64,000 nucleotides of DNA from Octopus vulgaris (Eukaryota): the NCBI GenBank assembly GCA_951406725.2, contig OX597825.1, positions 79,546,001-79,610,000 of the forward strand, read 5' to 3'. A program made the position numbers and the translations under genes. Shown here in pieces: positions 55,301 through 64,000 of this stretch (the first letter of the stretch is position 1; every line of letters begins with the position of its first letter). Under the pieces are notes generated by a model. That model was given only the letters and a program-made list of their open reading frames with translations. It was not told the DNA's origin and ran no database searches.

Positions 55301-55478
55301 ATAATTATTATTATTATTTTTATTTTTATTATTATTGTATTGGTATCGCTGAAGACACACACACACACTCGAAGGCACAGACTATGTCTGTCTGCGAGTG
55401 TGTATGTATACCAGGCCTCTGTGATACCAAGACAAAAAAATAGTAATAGCAATAATAATAATAATAATGATGATGATG

Positions 55479-55602
<124 letters not shown>

Positions 55603-55711
55603 TAATAATAATAATAATAAATAAATAAAATTATTTTTTGCATTGGTATCATTGAGGAGTGATGAACATACACACATCTCACAGACACAAACACACACAT
55701 GCCTTATGTAA

Positions 55712-55747
<36 letters not shown>

Positions 55748-56081
55748 GTATGCCTATTGTATATAGTGTGTTTGTATGTATAAGTATAAACACACCCACA
55801 TACACATGTGATCTCTCCCCCACAAAATATCCATGTTTTTTTTAAAAGAAACAAAACGTTTTTTTTTTATTTTTGCCTACAAATTTACCAGACGTGTCTC
55901 TTTTAAAATACTCCCCACCTCTATTCTTCACAGACAGCTTCCAAAATCTTTTTTTGTTTTCATTTTTTTTTTCCAGCTTTTTATGCGATTTTTAGGGATA
56001 GTTTCCGTCCGCGAATTTTCTTCGATATATTTTATCACGGATATTGGGGAGCTTTCGCGGATGAATTTCAATGTTAGGAAC

Positions 56082-56601
<520 letters not shown>

Positions 56602-57189
56602 CAAAAAAAAGAAAGAAAGAAAGACAAACTAGTAAAGCAAATCTTGAAAATAGTACTTTGAAGAAGAAAGTTGTTCTCGTGCTTTGTGAAAAAGACACGG
56701 CTAGAGAGAAGTGTTCTTTGTAAGTTGTGCGCTTGTGCGCGCGCACACACTTTACAGTTAGCGCACAAACGAAAAACATGTGCGCATATGAAGTGTTCAA
56801 GATTAAATAAATTCTTTATGTTTTTCTTCTTTTCCCGTATTTTTAGAATCGAATCTGGTTAATCGCATAGATGAGCAATTACACTTTGCAGAAATAGTTC
56901 AAATTTCACACTAGCAAACATCCACAGCGAAACATCTCCAAGGAACATTGTTAATGAGTGATGCGTGAGCAGGTGCGTTGTAGGAGCGCAGTATCAAGGT
57001 TTTCCTTTGTCGATACGCAAAAAGCTTTTCCTTTGAACTGCTTCCATCAAACGCCTCGAGATACCCAGGTAAAACGTCTTAATGATCAGCTAATCACCTT
57101 CAGCAAACTCAAGATAAACGCCCCTCTTCTGGACAAAATGAGATTGTCAACATCACGTTTACATTTTTGCAACCTGACGGGGTTTTCCT

Positions 57190-57220
<31 letters not shown>

Positions 57221-57967
57221 GTCTTCGTTGTCGCGGCGACGGTGATCCCATTCACCGCGACGCTTACCTTTTTACTTAAACACAGTCGCCGTATCGTTTC
57301 TCACCTGTTGTGACATTTTCCTGAAACTTCTCATTAGCACTCAATCAATCAAACAGTTCGTGACCGACCGTGACATCGTTGCCGTACATTTTTCACATTT
57401 TGTGACACGTTCCAGAAAGTTCTTATCAGCATACGATCGATCAAACAGTCCGTGATATAATGTAACGTCGGATCGCTTTTTGTTCACACATTTTGCAGCA
57501 TCACGATGTGTCCTTAATTTTTCTTTTAAAACCACATGATGGAGGTGCAATGGCCCAGTGGTTAGGGCAGCGGACTCGCGGTCGGAGGATCACGGTTTCG
57601 ATTCCCAGACTGGGCGTTGTGTGTGTTTATTGAGCGAAAACACCCAAAGCTCCACGAGGCTCTGGTAGGGGGTGGTGGCGACCCCTGTTGTACTCTTTCG
57701 CCTCAACCTTCTCTCACTCTTTCTTCCTGTTTCTTTTGTAATGCTGCGATAGACTGGCATCCCGTCCAGCTGAGGGGAACACATAGTCATAGAAACTGGA
57801 AAATCGGGCCCGTGAACCTGGCTATGCTTGAAAAAGGGCGCATAAATAAAAAAAAGAGAATGAAACCACATGATACAAACTTATATAGATGCCTCTGTAG
57901 GGCATTGCCCAAGGACTGTAGACGAACTGTAGACAGGAACTTCAGTGCGGGATAGCTAGTGAGTCGG

Positions 57968-58305
57968 TCAGAGAGACATGAGCGGTGGTGGAGCGATATA
58001 GTGGTTGTATACTGTCAACTCAACGTGACAGTGCCGTAAGAGAATTACACCACCGCCATTTAGCCCAAGGAAACATCGACGTTTCCTGTCGGCTTTGACA
58101 CATTTTCTGTGTCCTTATATTTGCAAAGGGGAGGCAATATTTGCAGAGAGGTTGCAGTCATCTCAGCGAGCGGGACTCGATACCCTAAACTGACGACGAG
58201 CAATACACTCAGAAACATATGTCTTCAGGTGCGTTGTCCCAGCTGGTGGGGTGATTGACAGTATACAACCAATATATCGCTCCACAACCGCTCATGTCTC
58301 TCTGA
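57968..58305. mobile_element. About 340-bp element with about 50-bp inverted termini and an internal HHR
   Basis: tcagagagacatgagcggtggtggagcgatatagtggttgtatactgtcaa (57968-58018) / ttgacagtatacaaccaatatatcgctccacaaccgctcatgtctctctga (58255-58305). Confidence 0.8.
58184..58229 (+). ncRNA. Minimal type-I hammerhead ribozyme motif with GUC triplet
   Basis: cctaaa-CTGACGA-c-gag-caataca-ctc-a-GAAA-catatg-T-C-ttcagg; stem I 5/6 bp; palindromic ACATATGT stem III; weak stem II. Confidence 0.6.
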
Positions 58306-58441
58306 GACATTTAGAAATTCAATATTTCTAATATATATATATAATAAATTCATATGAATGAATATTAAAGATAATGACAAACAACAAAAGGACGTGCACA
58401 TGGAATGCATTAGCTTGACGCTCAGTAAAATAGAGAGAGGT

Positions 58442-58474
58442 TTTGACGTTTCGAGCATAGCTCTTCGTCGGAAA
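58442..58474 (-). ncRNA. HHR-like motif (CCGACGA variant, GUC triplet)
   Basis: Minus strand: ttt-ccgacga-agagc-tat-gctc-gaaac-gtc-aaa. Confidence 0.5.
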
Positions 58475-58726
58475 GGAAAGCGGGAAAAGTCCAAAGAAGG
58501 AAAAAAAAATATCCAACACCACGTGTGTAGTTACATTGCACCATATATATATAGAGAGAGGGAGAGGGAGATTGAGAGACAGCGAGAGAAAGAGAGAGAA
58601 AGAAGTAGAGAGAAAGAGAGAGAGAGAAAGAGGAGAGAAAGAGAGAGAGAGTGGTAGTAAGATAAACACACTTAGACTTGACACATATATTTACGTGGAG
58701 AAAAGTACAGAATAAAAATAAAAATA

Positions 58727-58811
<85 letters not shown>

Positions 58812-59279
58812 TCATGTATGAGTTTGTGTGTGTGTGCGTGTGTGTGTGTGCGTGTGTGTGTGTGTGTGTGTGTGGATTAATCTGATCTGACAAGCAATGT
58901 GAAGCAGCTCATAAGGTAGGTGAGTTGTATAACTCTATGTGCGTTCGAATATTGACTGAGCTGTTTCACCGCCTTTACCAATGCCCCTAGCCCCGTGTAC
59001 CTGTAGTTACTGGCTTCGGGGAATAACCTGTAAAACACAGACAGATTTTTTTTCTTACCTGCACCAGTTCACCCTTAAGATACATTGTGTAAATAAAACC
59101 TTCGATGACGACCCAAGGAGCTGTCAAGGGTCACAAGATGTTATCATTTCATTTCAACGCATTTAGTAAAGAAAATATTATCTTAGTTTACCTACGTAAG
59201 ACTTTGTCAACACACACACACACATATATAAGTATGTCTGTGTACATATTTTTACATGTATGTATATATATTATATATA

Positions 59280-59349
<70 letters not shown>

Positions 59350-59352
<3 letters not shown>

Positions 59353-59690
59353 AAAAGTGCATTCTAGAAAAAATGAACCTCCACCAACTATTCTGCCTAT
59401 ATCTCTGTGCACACCTTTGAATGCAATGTATGGCAGAAGTTTTGCAAATCTAACAGAGACCTCAATCTAACAGAGACCTCAATCTAACAGAGACCTCAAA
59501 AGACATTTTAAGATCCACAAAGATCTGACTTATCTGCAGCTCTTGGTGGTCCAAATCGGATGTGAAATCTATGTGGGTGTCTTTTCGAAACATTCGTCTG
59601 GTTTCAAAAGCCACATCAGATGCCATGGTGGTGCTAAGGTGTAGATACAGGAGGTGGCCAAACTCTGCATAAGGAGTAGACAACCACCAT
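59350..59690 (+). mobile_element. Decayed C2H2 zinc-finger-coding fragment, probably a LINE 3' end, with a 17-bp triplication
   Basis: Removing two extra aatctaacagagacctc units (59447-59497) gives FECNVWQKFCKSNRDLKRHFKIH; a second finger remnant reads ..GFKSHIRCH; flanked by (TA)n. Confidence 0.6.
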
Positions 59691-60119
59691 ATATATATAT
59701 ATATATATATATATACATGCTAAGTGCTTTCTAGAATTATACAGGCTTTTTAGGAGGGGCTGTAATAACTGCTCTAGATCATTGTAATTATAGCATACCA
59801 TTACTATATATCAAATAAGCTGACCTGCCAACGTTTGATATCCCAGATTGGAGGAAACAGCTGTAACAGCACATTGGACACACTCTAATAAACACTGCTT
59901 GTCACAGCTGACTAATTCTTTAAATGAAGTCAGGACGTGAAGACAATCGCTATGCAATGAAGTTTTGTGTTAATCTGAGCAAAAACGCTTCAGAAAATTA
60001 TCAAACGCTCCAGACTACTTATGGATTAACTTGTATGAGCCGAGGATCTGCTTTTCACTAGCATCAGAGGCCAAGCAAATTAAGTCCAAGAATACATTAA
60101 GTAAAAGAATACATATGTG

Positions 60120-60437
<318 letters not shown>

Positions 60438-61059
60438 ATAAATAAGTGAGATGAGAAATATGGATAGCTTCTAACAATGCAGAGGCGTTCATTCCTAATT
60501 CGTTGCGGCAGATTCAGATGTGAATCTTCTAATCCTTCTTGCATCTCATCAATGGAGGATAACTCCTTTCATCCTTTCAGACGAATGCGTATTTCCAACA
60601 AGCGTTCATTCATTAAGGCAAGAAGACTTCGTGACATCTGGTCTCCTCCGACATTGCTGTTTCCTTAGCCGAAGCTACTCCAGACTGATACTATCTATCA
60701 AGGGTTTGTGGTTTTTCCTGTTTATCAGTTTAGAAAACAAAGCATTTGTTGATGCGAGCTGATATCTCCAAACCGATGGTGAATCGTGATGTACGCTGTG
60801 AATAGTGACAATCAGAACGATGACACACATAATCATCCTTAATACGCTTCGGCAGATCTGAATGCGAATATACTAAGCCCTGTTGTGTTTCGTCGTTGGA
60901 GAACAACTTCTATTTTCAGACGAATGAGTAGTCATAACATACTTAATTCCATTAGTGTAAGGTAACTTTTGGACACCCCAAGTTTCGACCTTGTTGGTTA
61001 TGGATACGTATGTTAGCGTTCTGAGACGCGCTGTTCACCGTGCACGTGACAAGTTGCAT

Positions 61060-61098
<39 letters not shown>

Positions 61099-61206
61099 CC
61101 GTTCCATAACTTTGTACAGTTAACTGAATCGACTTGAATACATTGGTAATATTTATTTTTTCCCAACGTTTATCCCGTTGAGATTTGAACTTAGAACGTT
61201 AAGGAC

Positions 61207-61272
<66 letters not shown>

Positions 61273-61592
61273 CATATATATATATAAATATATACATACA
61301 TGCGTACATGCATGGATGCATACATACATACATACATAGTATATATATACAGGCTATAGTAGAAGACACTTACCCAAGGTGACATGCAGTGGGACCGATC
61401 CCTGGAACCATGAGGTTGGGAAGCAGGTTTCTTACCACACTGCCACGCCATATATCTATGCATATATTATGTATGTTAAAAAGAAAACTCTTTTGCGACA
61501 AAAGCAGACTTTCAGCGATGCAAAAGAAATGTGTGTGTGTATGTAGACAGACAGACAGACAGATAGATAGATATATAGACAGACAGACAGAC

Positions 61593-61664
<72 letters not shown>

Positions 61665-62029
61665 TAGACAGATAGATAGATAAAGAGAGAGAAAGATGTG
61701 CCACAGAGATTTCCTCTGAGTGACATTTTTGATATGAATAAAAAGAAAGAGACAGGGAGAGAGAGAGAGAGGGAGAGAAGGAGGAAGACAAACTTATCTG
61801 AGATGCTGAAGAGTACTGTCTTTATACAAATATCTGACTGTCTCATTGGAAGGGTTTTTTGTTATGATGTAGTTATTCTATCTGTATATTTTATGGTGAG
61901 TTGTACTTCCTGATAGTCCAGGTGGTTTGAAAATTGTCTTTCCCATTTACAGAAACAGGATATTGACAACTGTTGCTCATCTCGTCTGCCGACAGTTTAG
62001 CTGCGAATCGTCATGAAATGAAATGACGA

Positions 62030-62370
62030 AGTCAACATGGCGAAATTAACATGGCTGTAATAATTTCACTAGATTAATGTGTCTAGATTTAACATTAGAA
62101 AATAATATAACGAGATTTAGTTGTCAAGATTATCATGACTAAAATAATTTGATTGAATTATCATGATTAATGTATCAAGTTTAACTTAGCTACATTAATA
62201 TGGCAAGATTGCTATGATTAGATTAACATGACTAACGATATACGACGAGATTAACGTGACTAAATTACAGTGATAATTATACCATTAAATTGAAACGACG
62301 AAATCAATATGAATAAATTAACATGTGTAGATTAAATTGACTAGATTAGCGCAACTAGATTAACCTGACT
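62030..62370. repeat. Degenerate about 15-bp minisatellite (agattaacatgacta-like)
   Basis: Recurrent attaac(a/g)tgact units; a similar array in the opposite orientation lies at about 63410-63540. Confidence 0.6.
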
Positions 62371-63817
62371 TATTGAATATGAATTAAAAAACCGAGCCGA
62401 CGATGGAAATCTGTGAGTGATCGTTGGACCTGCTACAAATAGCAGCGAAGTTTGTCTCAAATCATATCCCATCTTTTAGAAAATATCACAGATTGGATAA
62501 TAAAATCCTGAATGTGTGAAAAATTGATGTGGCCAGGGCTAGAAAATCTATGCAGAGTCAAAAAACACATGAGGTTAGGTCCGACGCGGTCATTCAGCCT
62601 GCTAGAAACAACAGCCAGATCTGGCATATTGTACACTCTATTGTTTTAAAAGGGTGGAGACACATGTAATGATGAGATCTTGACTGTACCTCTAGAACTA
62701 GTACAGTTTTGACACTGAATCTGAATCAGCGTTGAGCTGGGATAAACAACAATAATAACGATAAGAACATTTTAAAGCAATGTTTGTGTTATGTATGTAT
62801 GTATGTATGTATGTATGTATGTATGTATGTATGTATGTATGTATGTATCATTAAACAGACGCCAGAGAGATCGGTGTGTTGGTCTGCGTCGTTAAAAACT
62901 AGTGTTATTTAGTAAAATCGATGAAATGAGTACAGTGAACTTGCCGTGAGGAATGGAAAATCCAACGTTTCGGACAGAGTCCTTCTTCAAAGAACAGTTG
63001 ACAGGAGAAAATTAATGATTCACAACTGAGTTTTACATCCTCTAACTTTAAAAAAAACTGGTGCAGGTGGTTTAAAAATTGTCGTGGCTGTGTGATAAGA
63101 ACCTTACTTCCCATGTGCTGGGTTACATGATACATATACATATATATTTTTCTATCTGCTCAGTTACGGGTTACAAAGGGATCCAACATAAATTAAGGTA
63201 GGGACTGGTCATGCATATGAACATACACACACACACACACACACACACAGACAAATTTAGATACAATACGTCCCACCAAAACCTACTCACAAAACATTGA
63301 TGATCAACCAAGGGCTATTGTAAAAGACACTATTCCACAGTGGAACGCAGTGGATTCGAACCAAGAACTACGTGGTTGCCCAGCAAACTTGCTAACCACA
63401 TGACTATTTCTACGCATGCATTAAATTAATTAGTTAACTTAATCATATCACAGTAGACATGTTAATGTTGTCACAAGTTAACCTAAATATGCTAATAATA
63501 TAATTATCATAATTCAGTCATGTTAATTTATGTTAATGTAAACAGAAGTAAATCAGGGAGTGAACGTTAAAAACGTAACAAGAAATAAATATATTTGTCT
63601 TTTATCTTTTATTTATTTCAGTCATTGAATTGTGGCCATGCTGGAGCACCGCCTTGCCAAGAGCAGTCGAGCGAATCGAACGCCGGTACTTACTTTTAAG
63701 TCTAATATTTATTCTGTCGATCTCTTTGGCTGAACTGCTAGATTACGGGGGCTGGGGGTAGCTACACAAACACGCACTCATGTTACATATCTATCTATGT
63801 CTGTCTATCTATCTATA

Positions 63818-63876
<59 letters not shown>

Positions 63877-64000
63877 ATATATATATATATACATACACAC
63901 AGATATTATGTATACATACATACATGTGTGTGTGTATATATATATATATGATAGACGGCCTTCCACTCACTTTCCGTCACCCAAATTTCCTTATAAGGTA

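Noticed and set aside
56880-57530. Further decayed mariner/Tc1-like coding relics (also about 16960-17340, 32280-33340, 60430-60990)
   Set aside because: Too degenerate to assign family or boundaries without alignment.

Overview
Eukaryotic, repeat-saturated genomic DNA. The dense (TA)n/(CA)n/(TACA)n/(AAT)n microsatellites and the recurring tRNA-derived SINE families point to an octopus-like cephalopod (inference). Almost all ORFs in the six-frame track are microsatellite artefacts. The only host gene I can support is a minus-strand ADAMTS-like (THSD4/ADAMTSL4/lonely-heart type) gene, seen as three phase-compatible GT-AG exons: 41677-41482, 25616-25447 and 9207-8164. They encode the end of the Cys-rich region, the ADAMTS spacer, a long basic R/H/Y/P/N-rich linker and TSP1 repeats. 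The introns hold a 5S rRNA copy nested in a hAT MITE, many SINEs, Tc1/mariner, hAT, pogo-like and Helitron remnants, and RTE/CR1 LINE ends. The most interesting hidden signal is a set of about ten minimal type-I hammerhead-ribozyme (HHR) motifs from several unrelated sequence families. They sit in short, often inverted-repeat, Penelope-like remnants that mostly lie next to (TA)n tracts. A few keep an intact catalytic core, including one on the host pre-mRNA strand.
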